NCBI GenBank assembly: GCA_022720335.1 | Contig: JAIHVJ010000001.1 | Span: 1 to 49,450, forward strand | Length of the DNA stretch: 49,450 bases | Origin: Collinsella sp. | GTDB taxonomy: Bacteria > Actinomycetota > Coriobacteriia > Coriobacteriales > Coriobacteriaceae | Direction: 5' to 3' | Shown: positions 10,392 through 18,887 of the stretch, piece after piece | Layout of the letters: each line of letters opens with the position of its first letter | Numbering within the stretch: the first letter of the stretch is position 1 | The notes under the pieces: generated by a model | Database searches by the model: none | What the model was told of the DNA's origin: nothing | Seen by the model: only the letters and a program-made list of their open reading frames with translations | Program-made: the position numbers and the translations under genes

Positions 10392-11033
10392 ATGTTCGAT
10401 CAGTTCTACACCACGCTTGAGTCCCTGGGCATCGTGCCGGTCGTCGTGCTCGACAAGGTCGAGGATGCCGCTCCGCTCGCTCACGCCCTTATGGCCGCCG
10501 GCATGAAGTCCGCCGAGGTCACCTTCCGCACCGCTTGCGCCGCCGAGTGCATCGCCGCCATGGCCGAGGCCGAGCCCGAGATGTGCGTTGGTGCCGGCAC
10601 CGTCCTGACCGTCGAGCAGGTCGAGCAGGCCCGTGCCGCCGGCGCCAAGTTCATCGTCTCCCCGGGCTACAACGAAGACGTCGTCAAGCACTGCATCGAC
10701 ATCGACCTGCCCGTGCTGCCCGGCACCGTGACCCCCTCCGAGGTCACCGCTGCCGTCAACCTGGGTCTCAAGGTCACCAAGTTCTTCCCGGCAGCCCAGT
10801 ACGGCGGCCTCAACAACATCAAGGCCCTCGCCGCTCCGTTTGTCGGCCACCGCTTTATGCCCACCGGCGGCGTGAGCACCGCAAACGTCGAGGAGTACCT
10901 GAGCTCCTCCGCCATCATCGCCTGCGGTGGCACCTGGATGGTCAAGCCGGCCCTGTTCGTCGACGGCGACTTCTCCAAGGTCGAGCAGATCGCTCGCGAG
11001 GCCATGGACGTCGTCAAGAAGGTCCGCGCCTAA
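10392..11033 (+). CDS. eda: KHG/KDPG aldolase
   Basis: EVTFRT, VGAGTVL, FIVSPG, KFFPA, PTGGV motifs. Confidence 0.95.
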   Translation: MFDQFYTTLESLGIVPVVVLDKVEDAAPLAHALMAAGMKSAEVTFRTACAAECIAAMAEAEPEMCVGAGTVLTVEQVEQARAAGAKFIVSPGYNEDVVKHCIDIDLPVLPGTVTPSEVTAAVNLGLKVTKFFPAAQYGGLNNIKALAAPFVGHRFMPTGGVSTANVEEYLSSSAIIACGGTWMVKPALFVDGDFSKVEQIAREAMDVVKKVRA

Positions 11034-11051
11034 TCCAGCTCTCTATCGTGA

Positions 11052-11082
11052 AGGGCGCGATCTAGACCGCGCCCTCTTTTTT
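11052..11082 (+). terminator. Intrinsic terminator after eda
   Basis: AGGGCGCG / CGCGCCCT stem followed by a T-run. Confidence 0.75.
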
Positions 11083-11329
11083 GAAGCGGCTCGGAAGCGT
11101 GCCGTTTCCGTCACGGACAAGAACCGAAACCGTCTTGTATGCTGATAGAACGTGACGGAAGCGACACGCCCCCGAGCCGCTTTTTCTTCGGCTGAACCTT
11201 TGCCCCAACATAGTCCAGAGCGCAAAAACAAATGCGGTGCCGTCTGGAGGAATCGACCCCTTGCTTCCGGTCTGTTCCTCCAAACGGCACCGCAGCTTTT
11301 TGCTTGCGAGCGAGCCTTGCCCCCAACGC

Positions 11330-11396
11330 AGTTGCGGTGAAATAGGGACTGCCTGCGCCTCCTGGGCCGCAAAACAATCCCTATTTCACCGCAACT
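11330..11396. repeat. 67-bp palindromic repeat, copy 1
   Basis: AGTTGCGGTGAAATAGGGA ... TCCCTATTTCACCGCAACT. Confidence 0.85.
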
Positions 11397-11410
11397 TATA
11401 AGGGGATAGA

Positions 11411-12103
11411 TTAGATGGACGAGCTTTTGGGGAGCTCGAAATAGTCGGGATACAAAGCGATGACCGGACCCTGTTCCTCGGGCATAAGATGCAAGTGCGT
11501 CTCTGCCAGGTAGCTCGCCGTATCGGTGTCGCCGTCCATGATGGCATTGAGAATCCGACGGTGCTGGCGGCGGATCGGCTCCCAGTCCAAGTCCTGTGAC
11601 ACGGCACGCAGCCAGTTATACCGTTCAAAATGTGTGTTGACGCTCTTCATCCAATCCCACAGCATGTGGCGGCCGGCAATCTCAAAGCACGTCTCGTGAA
11701 ATAGATTGTCCAGATCAAAGAAGCGACGCGTCTCACTGTGGTCGAGCGACTCGGACTCGGCGAGAATCTGCTCGAGCCGGCGCTTTTGCTCGGGCGTGGC
11801 AGCCGAGCAGCACTTGATCAGCACGCTTCTCTCGAGCTTCTCACGCAGAAAACAGGCGTTCTCGGCGCGTTCCATGCTAATTTTTGAGACATAGGTACCG
11901 CTTTTAGGGCGCGTTTCCACCAGCTCCTGCTCGCGCAGGCGCACAAAGGACTCGCGGATGGGCGTGCGACCGATCCCCGTCTCCTTTTCCAGACCAATCG
12001 CCGAAAGGCGCGTGCCGGGCTTGAGCTCGGCATAGATGATCTTGGAGCGCAATGCGCTGTATGCCTGGTCTTGCAGACTCTGATAATGCTGGTGCTGTTC
12101 CAT
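11411..12103 (-). CDS. GntR-family regulator (FCD domain, RspR/YdfH-like)
   Basis: AYSALRSKII..ELKPG..GIGRTPIRES..PKSGTYV HTH and FCD domain (LDNLFH..QHRRIL..HL). Confidence 0.88.
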   Translation of the reverse strand: MEQHQHYQSLQDQAYSALRSKIIYAELKPGTRLSAIGLEKETGIGRTPIRESFVRLREQELVETRPKSGTYVSKISMERAENACFLREKLERSVLIKCCSAATPEQKRRLEQILAESESLDHSETRRFFDLDNLFHETCFEIAGRHMLWDWMKSVNTHFERYNWLRAVSQDLDWEPIRRQHRRILNAIMDGDTDTASYLAETHLHLMPEEQGPVIALYPDYFELPKSSSI

Positions 12104-12161
12104 AAAGCCCTCGGTTAGTCGAATACCACCATGCAATACTATCGCATCCCCCGCCCCCATA

Positions 12162-12228
12162 AGTTGCGGTGAAATAGTTCCTGCTCGCAGCCTTCAGCAG
12201 CAAAACCAGGAACTATTCCACCGCAACT
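12162..12228. repeat. 67-bp palindromic repeat, copy 2
   Basis: AGTTGCGGTGAAATAGTTCCTG ... CAGGAACTATTCCACCGCAACT. Confidence 0.85.
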
Positions 12229-12248
12229 TATGAGGGGGCGAAGGGGTT

Positions 12249-12683
12249 TTACAGGTTGTCGATGATTGCCTGGGCAATTTCGTCGTACTGGGCCGGCTCG
12301 AGCGTGACGCGACCGGGGTTCATAGCAAACACATCGCCAAACTCAAACGGGTCGTCCTTGTACTTGGGGACGATATGCACGTGCAAATGATGCATGGTGT
12401 CGCCGTAAGCACCAAAGTTAATCTTGTCGGGGTTGAACGCCTTGTGCAGCGCCGCCGCGACGTGGCGGACATCGGCCATAAAGGCGGCGGCGTCCTCCTC
12501 GGACATACAGGAGATGTCGTCGACATGCTGCTTGGAGGCCACGATCACGCGGCCTTTGTGGCTTTGCTCCTTAAACAGGATAAGCTTGCTGGCGGGCAGG
12601 TCGAGCATGGGGATGCCAAAGGCATCGACGAGCGTGTTGTCGGTCCCGCACATGCAGTACGAGCAATCGGTGTGCTGTTCCAT
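12249..12683 (-). CDS. HIT-family (histidine triad) hydrolase
   Basis: N-terminal CxxC and HHLHVHIVP triad; GAAAGGA RBS before MEQHT. Confidence 0.88.
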   Translation of the reverse strand: MEQHTDCSYCMCGTDNTLVDAFGIPMLDLPASKLILFKEQSHKGRVIVASKQHVDDISCMSEEDAAAFMADVRHVAAALHKAFNPDKINFGAYGDTMHHLHVHIVPKYKDDPFEFGDVFAMNPGRVTLEPAQYDEIAQAIIDNL

Positions 12684-12791
12684 GGTGATCCTTTCGATCT
12701 GGGTGAAGGCGTTCGCCGCAACACGACCGGCGGGCGCGACCAAGCTGCCCGGCAATCTATGACGAACGTACAATGCGCTCTCTAACCGTTG

Positions 12792-12930
12792 CGAAATCGG
12801 TTTCGAGCATGTCCTTGCCATGATACCGCCAACGAGTTGTTTCGATTAGGTGAACGTTCCCTTTTTATTATTTTTCTCTTTGCAAAAAGAATCCCGTGCG
12901 TATACTAAGGCTCAAGCGAAACCGATTTCG
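12792..12930. promoter_or_regulatory. Divergent promoter region with two types of LacI operators
   Basis: CGAAATCGGTTTCG (12792-12805), AGGTGAACGTTCCCT (12848-12862), TTGCAA (12880) - N15 - TATACT (12901), CGAAACCGATTTCG (12917-12930). Confidence 0.7.
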
Positions 12931-12933
12931 TTA

Positions 12934-12993
12934 AGCGTGGGCAATAGGATGCTAAGACGCACCCTACCATCTTGGCATCCTATTGCCCACGCT
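12934..12993 (+). ncRNA. Candidate structured 5' leader hairpin, copy 2 (CACCCUAC loop)
   Basis: 19-bp stem AGCGTGGGCAATAGGATGC / GCATCCTATTGCCCACGCT with the same apical AAGACG-CACCCTAC-CRTCTT as copy 1. Confidence 0.55.
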
Positions 12994-13029
12994 ATGTCAT
13001 TTGCTTTCCTCCCGTCTCGTTGGCCCTTC

Positions 13030-13140
13030 AGTCCCATTCCGGCACAGCGAGACATTTCCTAGACGACTGACCGTGGGGCCGGCTTTTCTGCTTTTACAGC
13101 AGTGCCTCCGATAATCCTCTTTTGCCGGCCCAGGTCAGCC
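13030..13140 (+). ncRNA. Candidate structured element, copy 2 (AGCAGUGCCUCCGAUAA core)
   Basis: Homologous to 10225-10343; stems CTGACC/GGTCAG, GGGCCGGC/GCCGGCCC and CTGCT/AGCAG. Confidence 0.5.
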
Positions 13141-13173
13141 CTTTTCTTCACAACCGAAAGGACGGGTAGCAGC

Positions 13174-13854
13174 ATGCGACCGCTCATCATCATGAATGGC
13201 GAGAAGATCGATTGGTGCCACACCGTCATTAGGATGCTGATGTATTTAGCAGGCGTCGCGACGCTTGCCCTCGGCATGAGCATTCAGACCGCTTCGGGCC
13301 TGGGCGTCGCCGCGCTTACCTGTTTTGCCACAACGTTGTCCATGTTGACCGGCAAGACACTCGGCTTTTGGATTACCGCGACCTATGTCGCCTACATTGC
13401 CGCACAGGCAGCCATCTTGCGCCGCGAGTTTCAGCCGCGCATTTTGCTCGAGCTCTTTTTCTCAACGCTGATCGGCGGCTTTACCGATTTCTTTATGAAC
13501 GTTAACCCTCTGCACCCCACCGCGCTGCCGGCACAGGTCGTAACCATGCTGCTCTCGCTTGCCATCACCGCGTTTGGCGTAAGCCTCGTCGTCAATATGG
13601 GCGTCGTTCCCAACGCACCCGACGGCTTGGTACAGGTCATTGCCGAAAAGTTCAAATGCCGCTTTGGCGATGTGAAGGTCGTATTCGATTGCTCGCACGT
13701 CGCCGCCTCGCTCGCGCTGTCGCTGGTCTTTATGCACAACCTGGGCGGCTTTGGCGTCACGACCGCCATCTCGGCACTGTTCCTGGGCCATGTCATCAAC
13801 GTCGCCAATAAGCTCTTCGCCCAGCGCTTTATCCGCGTGGCCTTTGGAAAATAG
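13174..13854 (+). CDS. YczE/YyaS (YitT/DUF6198-like) membrane protein
   Basis: Multiple TM helices, SGLGV, VVPNAPDGLV, GDVKVVFD, GVTTAISALFLG pattern; GAAAGGA RBS. Confidence 0.75.
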   Translation: MRPLIIMNGEKIDWCHTVIRMLMYLAGVATLALGMSIQTASGLGVAALTCFATTLSMLTGKTLGFWITATYVAYIAAQAAILRREFQPRILLELFFSTLIGGFTDFFMNVNPLHPTALPAQVVTMLLSLAITAFGVSLVVNMGVVPNAPDGLVQVIAEKFKCRFGDVKVVFDCSHVAASLALSLVFMHNLGGFGVTTAISALFLGHVINVANKLFAQRFIRVAFGK

Positions 13855-13880
13855 CGCCACCGCAAGAACCCGCGAGCAGC

Positions 13881-13950
13881 GCTATACGTTGCTATATCTC
13901 ACTATACTTTGCTATATCTTGCTATACTTTGCTATATCTTGCTATATTTT
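13881..13950 (+). repeat. Seven tandem 10-bp repeats (GCTATAYyTT)
   Basis: gctatacgtt gctatatctc actatacttt gctatatctt gctatacttt gctatatctt gctatatttt, ending just before the ATPase RBS. Confidence 0.9.
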
Positions 13951-13967
13951 GAGCAAAGGTGGCTCGC

Positions 13968-15059
13968 ATGCAAACAAACCCTTTTAAGCCCACAGCAGGC
14001 AAAACACCTCCCACGATTATCGGCCGCGAAGATGTCCTCGAGGAATTCAATGAAGGCCTCGTCAACGGGCCTGGCGCCCCGGGACGCCTTATGCGCATAG
14101 CCGGCGTCCGCGGAACGGGCAAGACGGTCCTCCTTGACGAGTGCTCACGTTTGGCGCAAAGCCATGGCTGGACGGTCATAAAAGAAGTCGCAACCGAAGG
14201 ACTTTGTCAGCGCATTCTCGAGCAGCTGCAGCCCAAATTCCAGGCCAAACACGCCAGATTTGAGCCAAGCGTAGCTGGCATATCCATCGGCAGCATAGAC
14301 ATTGAGCGAATCGGCCCATCGCTGCGTGACGCCATGAGGCAGGCAATATCAAAGAACGGCAATGGTCTGCTCATCACCCTCGATGAGGTCCAAGACGCAG
14401 AGCTCGAAGAGGTCCGAACGCTCTCCATTGCGATTCAGCAGGTTATCGGCGAAGACCTTGATATCGCCTTTGTTTTTGCGGGGCTGCCTTCGATGATAGA
14501 AAGCGTCATCAACGGAAAGACACTTACGTTTTTGCGCCGTGCCCTCCCCTTTGATCTGAAGGCTGTGGCAGTAACCGAAGTGTCGTACTCCCTCGAAGAA
14601 ACCATTGAAGCGTCTGGCATGGAGCTGCAACCAGGTATTGCCGGCCAACTTGCCGAGGCAACGCAAGGCTACCCCTTTATGATTCAGCTCGTTGGATATT
14701 ACGCATGGCAACTGGCACGACGCGCCCATACAACTGTAATTGGAGAGGAAGAGGCAAAGCGAGGCATCGCAACAGCACGCGAACGCTTCTGCGCAATGGT
14801 GATTGAGCCCGCGCTGCAGCGCATTCCGCCCACGTGCATCGCTTATCTGCTGAGCATGGCGTCCTTAGGGCAGACGAGCTCGACCAGCATGGTTGCCGAT
14901 GACTTAAACAAGACACCTCAACAGGTAAGTTCCATCCGCAGTCGTCTGCTGAGAGAGTCGATCATTGAGGCGCCCTCGTACGGCAAGGTCTCATTTGCCA
15001 TCCCCTACATGCGCGACTACCTCAACGAACACAAAGCCGAACTGGAAGCTGAACTGTAG
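13968..15059 (+). CDS. AAA-family ATPase (AAA_16-like) with C-terminal winged helix
   Basis: NPFKP..IIGRE N-terminus, Walker A GVRGTGKT, Walker B LLITLDEVQ, GYPFMIQ, C-terminal HTH (VSSIRSRLL..YGKVSF). Confidence 0.85.
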   Translation: MQTNPFKPTAGKTPPTIIGREDVLEEFNEGLVNGPGAPGRLMRIAGVRGTGKTVLLDECSRLAQSHGWTVIKEVATEGLCQRILEQLQPKFQAKHARFEPSVAGISIGSIDIERIGPSLRDAMRQAISKNGNGLLITLDEVQDAELEEVRTLSIAIQQVIGEDLDIAFVFAGLPSMIESVINGKTLTFLRRALPFDLKAVAVTEVSYSLEETIEASGMELQPGIAGQLAEATQGYPFMIQLVGYYAWQLARRAHTTVIGEEEAKRGIATARERFCAMVIEPALQRIPPTCIAYLLSMASLGQTSSTSMVADDLNKTPQQVSSIRSRLLRESIIEAPSYGKVSFAIPYMRDYLNEHKAELEAEL

Positions 15060-15083
15060 AGGCGCCAATATCCCAGAGGACAG

Positions 15084-15115
15084 CAGGCCCCAAGCCGGTG
15101 TAGGCTTGGGGCCTG
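15084..15115. terminator. Bidirectional terminator between the ATPase and AlbA_2 genes
   Basis: CAGGCCCCAAGCC / GGCTTGGGGCCTG stem with downstream T-run. Confidence 0.75.
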
Positions 15116-15138
15116 TTTTGTAGCTTTGCTCTTTTGAG

Positions 15139-16398
15139 CTATGCGCGCTCGTATTTCGTGGCGCGTCCTGTCCCCCGCCTTACGATCGAGTTTCGGTTGA
15201 GCAAAGATTCAAGCGCCGTCAACGTGCGCGTGCGGCTCAATCCTGTCTGTTGCTCAATCTCGCCCCGCGACAGTATTCGTCCGCCTGACAAAGCCTTGAG
15301 AACCTGGACCTCTTCCTCAGACCCTTCAAAGGCATCGATAACGGGCAATGTGACGGCCACCATGCCGCCGCGAACATCAAATACCGGCTGGCTCAAAGAA
15401 TCTCGATACGCACGCCTGATTCGCGCGATTCCCGTACCAAATTTCTCGATGTAATCCAGCTTTAGAAAGACCTCAGCGACAATTGGGTTTCTGAGCACGG
15501 ATATCTGCCCATACAGGTATTGTTCCGTCGTCAAACCGGCGGGCAGCGGTCCGGGTGAAGTCACAACGACGCGATCGTCGTACAGGGCAATTTGAACGTT
15601 CGCCCGAACGTCCCATGTCCGATGCACCAAAGCGTTTGCGACAGCTTCGCGGAACGCCTCAAGAGGAATTCGATCGGTTTGGACGCGTTCCATCCCCTCG
15701 ATACGTTCATAACGGTAGTAGCGTGCAAACATAGCAACCGCCCTGTCCACCTGCTCAATTGCGGATAGACCTGTCGCCGTCTCGCGATCCAAGATCACAT
15801 CCTCGGTATCGCCAAAACGGACGCAGTCAATGCCCGGAAAATCATTCTTATCCGCCAAAATCGCCGCGGCATTGGTATAGCCATCCTTGCCGAGCAAGCG
15901 GAGCGTACGCATGATATCCGGCGTTAGCTCGGAAATGCCGAGGTGTTCAACACACTTATGCTCAAGCGTGTGAAAACTCAAGTCCTGGCGAGCCGACGCG
16001 AGCGCGTCGAACGTTACGTTGCTGCCTTCGAGCGTCAGCCTGCCATACTCAAACCGGTCGACCTCCACCGTCGCCGAATCGTTTCGTCTGTAGGCCTTTC
16101 CCTTGCTTCGATAGGGTTTGTCCTGGCCCTCATAAACCGTAAGGATTACGGTCCCGTGTTTCTCATCGGGCTCAAGCGAGTAACGGGGCGCGGGATCCAA
16201 GCTGTCATTAATCATATTTTCGATGCGCAGACATTCAGCAACCGGATCTGCAAGACCGACGGCAATACCCTCGTCATTAACGCCAAACTCAATCTTGCCC
16301 GTCCCGTAGTTTGCATAGGCGCTCACCGTTTTAAGAAACGTCGGCGTAACGCTTTCCTTGTATTCGACTGTAGGGCCCTCTCTAACAACCATATGCAT
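15139..16398 (-). CDS. Schlafen/AlbA_2-domain protein with HATPase_c_4 ('RecG C-terminal-like') and HTH domains
   Basis: EGPTVEYKES..KTVSAYAN..G.I.FGVND (AlbA_2); FREAVANALVHR, SPGPLP, RNPIVA, IEKFGTGI; C-terminal wHTH. Alternative start at 16392. Confidence 0.85.
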   Translation of the reverse strand: MHMVVREGPTVEYKESVTPTFLKTVSAYANYGTGKIEFGVNDEGIAVGLADPVAECLRIENMINDSLDPAPRYSLEPDEKHGTVILTVYEGQDKPYRSKGKAYRRNDSATVEVDRFEYGRLTLEGSNVTFDALASARQDLSFHTLEHKCVEHLGISELTPDIMRTLRLLGKDGYTNAAAILADKNDFPGIDCVRFGDTEDVILDRETATGLSAIEQVDRAVAMFARYYRYERIEGMERVQTDRIPLEAFREAVANALVHRTWDVRANVQIALYDDRVVVTSPGPLPAGLTTEQYLYGQISVLRNPIVAEVFLKLDYIEKFGTGIARIRRAYRDSLSQPVFDVRGGMVAVTLPVIDAFEGSEEEVQVLKALSGGRILSRGEIEQQTGLSRTRTLTALESLLNRNSIVRRGTGRATKYERA

Positions 16399-16587
16399 AA
16401 CCCCTTCGTTTCGTACTTTTCACGACCGTATTATAAGACGAAAACCGTTTGCGTACGGATTTAAGCCAGACGTAAACGGTTTTCGTCTTGATTTGCGTCC
16501 TGATTTAAGACGTAAATTGCGCTTTCGTACGATTTTACCCCAGACGCAACACGCTTTCGTCTGGCAATACGTCTGCAATCCAAACGA

Positions 16588-16623
16588 AAAGAGCCCCGAG
16601 CTCGTATGAACTCGGGGCTCTTT
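16588..16623. terminator. Orphan terminator-like hairpin
   Basis: AAAGAGCCCCGAG / CTCGGGGCTCTTT; no intact gene ends here. Confidence 0.6.
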
Positions 16624-16690
16624 GTGCCGCGCATCTATGAGAGGAGAAATTCGATGCGTACGGGCGCTACTCCATGTAGTCACCCTGAAT

Positions 16691-16918
16691 GGCGGCAACC
16701 TCGTCGTTCCCCGCCTGATGGGCGTGCTCAAGGCATCCGTTCCCCTCTTTATCGACGTTACGGGCAAAAAGCTCGTCGAGGAGACCATCCGCACACACCG
16801 CGGCGTGGCCGACGCCATCGAGGCGCGCAACCCCACCGCCGCGCACGATGCGATGTATCTGCACCTGGTCTACAACCGCAACATGATCGCGGAAGGCGCA
16901 CAGGCGAAAAGTGAGTAG
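16691..16918 (+). pseudogene. 3' remnant of a FadR/GntR-family regulator (FCD domain end)
   Basis: GNLVVPRLM...THRGVADAIEARNPTAAHDAMYLHL is an FCD C-terminal signature; there is no HTH or credible start upstream. Confidence 0.7.
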
Positions 16919-16960
16919 GGGGCATCGCAACAACTAATTTCAACCGTTCACCTTTTAAAA

Positions 16961-16972
16961 GTGAACGTTCAC
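16961..16972. promoter_or_regulatory. LacI-type operator GTGAACGTTCAC
   Basis: Perfect palindrome, also at 29625-29638 and 29662-29677; partial copies at 16943-16952 and 17051-17060. Confidence 0.75.
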
Positions 16973-17077
16973 CTTTTTTAAGGAGAATAGGGGCGTTAAT
17001 TCCTTCACTTCTCCTATACTGAGCTTGTATTAGAAGCAAGACTTATATAGATGAACGTTTCTTTTGAAAGGATCGCT

Positions 17078-17887
17078 ATGTCTGATCTTATGGACAGCTT
17101 CCGCCTGGATGGCAAGGTCGCACTCGTAACCGGCGCCACCTATGGCATTGGCATGGCCATTGCCGAGGCGCTTGGCGAGGCCGGCGCCAAGATCGCCTTT
17201 AACGCACGTCATGCCGACAAGGTCGCCGAGGCCGAGAAGCACTACCGCGAGCTGGGCTTTGAGGCTCACGGCTACGTGGCCGACGTCACCGACGAGGCTG
17301 TCGTCGCCGAGCTCGTCGCCAAGATCGAGGCCGATTTTGGCACCACGCCCGATATCCTGGTCAACAACGCTGGTGTTATCCAGCGCACCCCCATGCTCGA
17401 CATGAGCGCCGAGGACTTCCGTCGCGTCGTCGACATCGACCTTAACGCCCCGTTCATCGTCTCCAAGGCCTGCCTGCCCGGCATGATCGCCAAGGGTCAC
17501 GGCAAGATTATCAACATCTGCTCGATGATGAGCGAGCTCGGCCGCGAGACCATCGCTGGCTACGCCGCTGCCAAGGGCGGTCTGAAGATGCTCACCAAGA
17601 ACATCTGCTCCGAGTTTGGCGAGGCCAACATCCAGTGCAACGGCATTGGGCCTGGCTATATCGCCACGCCGCAGACCGCGCCGCTGCGCGAGACGCAGCC
17701 CGATGGCAGCCGTCACCCGTTTGACCAGTTCATCATCGCCAAGACCCCGGCCGCCCGTTGGGGCACGCCCGAGGACCTGAAGGGCCCTGCCGTATTCCTG
17801 GCCTCCGACGCCTCGAACTTCGTCAACGGCCACATCCTCTACGTCGACGGCGGCATTCTCGCATACATCGGCAAGCAGCCCCAGTAG
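17078..17887 (+). CDS. SDR oxidoreductase, gluconate 5-dehydrogenase / DhuD(KduD)-like
   Basis: TGATYGIG, NNAG, YAAAKGG, NGIGPGYIATPQTAPLR...HPFDQFIIAKTPAARWG. Confidence 0.85.
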   Translation: MSDLMDSFRLDGKVALVTGATYGIGMAIAEALGEAGAKIAFNARHADKVAEAEKHYRELGFEAHGYVADVTDEAVVAELVAKIEADFGTTPDILVNNAGVIQRTPMLDMSAEDFRRVVDIDLNAPFIVSKACLPGMIAKGHGKIINICSMMSELGRETIAGYAAAKGGLKMLTKNICSEFGEANIQCNGIGPGYIATPQTAPLRETQPDGSRHPFDQFIIAKTPAARWGTPEDLKGPAVFLASDASNFVNGHILYVDGGILAYIGKQPQ

Positions 17888-18028
17888 GCGCTGCGCGGGC
17901 TTGAGACGGGCATCTTGCCTTTCAATCGTCGGTCGCGTACCCAAGTACGCTTCCCTCCTCTTTCAAGGCAACCTGCTCCGTCTCAAGCCCGCTCGCTCAC
18001 CGCGCTCCCACATTTAGGTTCATTTAGT

Positions 18029-18095
18029 AGTTGCGGTGAAATAGGGATTGATTTTGACTTCTACCAGGCAAGACGGTCCGTATTTCACCGCAAGT
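18029..18095. repeat. 67-bp palindromic repeat, copy 3
   Basis: AGTTGCGGTGAAATA ... TATTTCACCGCAAGT. Confidence 0.8.
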
Positions 18096-18118
18096 TAGAA
18101 ATAGGAAGGTATTTCGCA

Positions 18119-18760
18119 ATGAAGATCGCTCTGATCAATGAGAACTCTCAGAACTCCAAGAACCCCATGATCGAGGCTGCCCTTAAGAAGGTTGTCGAGC
18201 CCATGGGGCACACCGTCTTTAACTATGGTATGTATGCCGACGCCGACTCCAAGCCCCTCACCTACGTGCAGAACGGCATCCTTGCCGCCGTGCTGCTCAA
18301 CTCCGGCGCTGCCGACTACGTCGTGACCGGCTGCGGCACCGGCGAGGGCGCCATGCTCGCCTGCAACTCCTTCCCCGGCGTGCTGTGCGGCCACGTTGCC
18401 GACCCGCTCGACGCCTACACCTTTGCCCAGGTCAACGATGGCAACGCCGTCGCCATGCCCTTCGCTCTTAAGAACGGCTGGGGCCAGGAGCTCAACCTCG
18501 AGTACACCTTCGAGAAGCTCTTTGGCTTTGGTTCGGGCAACGGCTACCCCGCCGAGCGTGTTGAGCCCGAGCAGCGCAACAAGAAGATCCTCGACGGCGT
18601 GCGCGCTGTGACCATGCGTCCGCTCGTCGACGTCCTGGGCGAGATCGACCAGGACCTGGTCAAGGGTGCCCTGGCTGGCGAGCACTTCCAGGAGTACTTC
18701 TTCGCCAACGCCACCGACGAGGCAATCATCGCCAAGGTCAAGGAGCTCCTGGGTCTCTAA
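18119..18760 (+). CDS. RpiB/LacA/LacB-family isomerase, DhuI-like (4-deoxy-L-threo-5-hexosulose-uronate isomerase)
   Basis: MKIALINENSQ, TGCGTGEGA, QVNDGNA; paired with the DhuD-like SDR. Confidence 0.82.
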   Translation: MKIALINENSQNSKNPMIEAALKKVVEPMGHTVFNYGMYADADSKPLTYVQNGILAAVLLNSGAADYVVTGCGTGEGAMLACNSFPGVLCGHVADPLDAYTFAQVNDGNAVAMPFALKNGWGQELNLEYTFEKLFGFGSGNGYPAERVEPEQRNKKILDGVRAVTMRPLVDVLGEIDQDLVKGALAGEHFQEYFFANATDEAIIAKVKELLGL

Positions 18761-18785
18761 TCGCACGACCCATCGCAGCGAACGC

Positions 18786-18825
18786 AAACGGCGGCCGCCC
18801 CAACACGGGACGGCCGCCGTTTTTT
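18786..18825 (+). terminator. Intrinsic terminator
   Basis: AAACGGCGGCCG / CGGCCGCCGTTT stem with T-run. Confidence 0.75.
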
Positions 18826-18887
18826 GCTATCAAATGGTGCAATGGGGTCAGGTTATCTCACACCATGTTGGCTCAAAGAGAGCAAGA

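Noticed and set aside
12092..12683. gntR and HIT genes both start MEQH (12 identical nt)
   Set aside because: Too short to distinguish from chance; no further similarity.
16622..16690. 5' part of the 98-aa ORF as a real gene start
   Set aside because: It begins inside a terminator hairpin, has no RBS and is not FadR-like; only the 3' part is a gene remnant.
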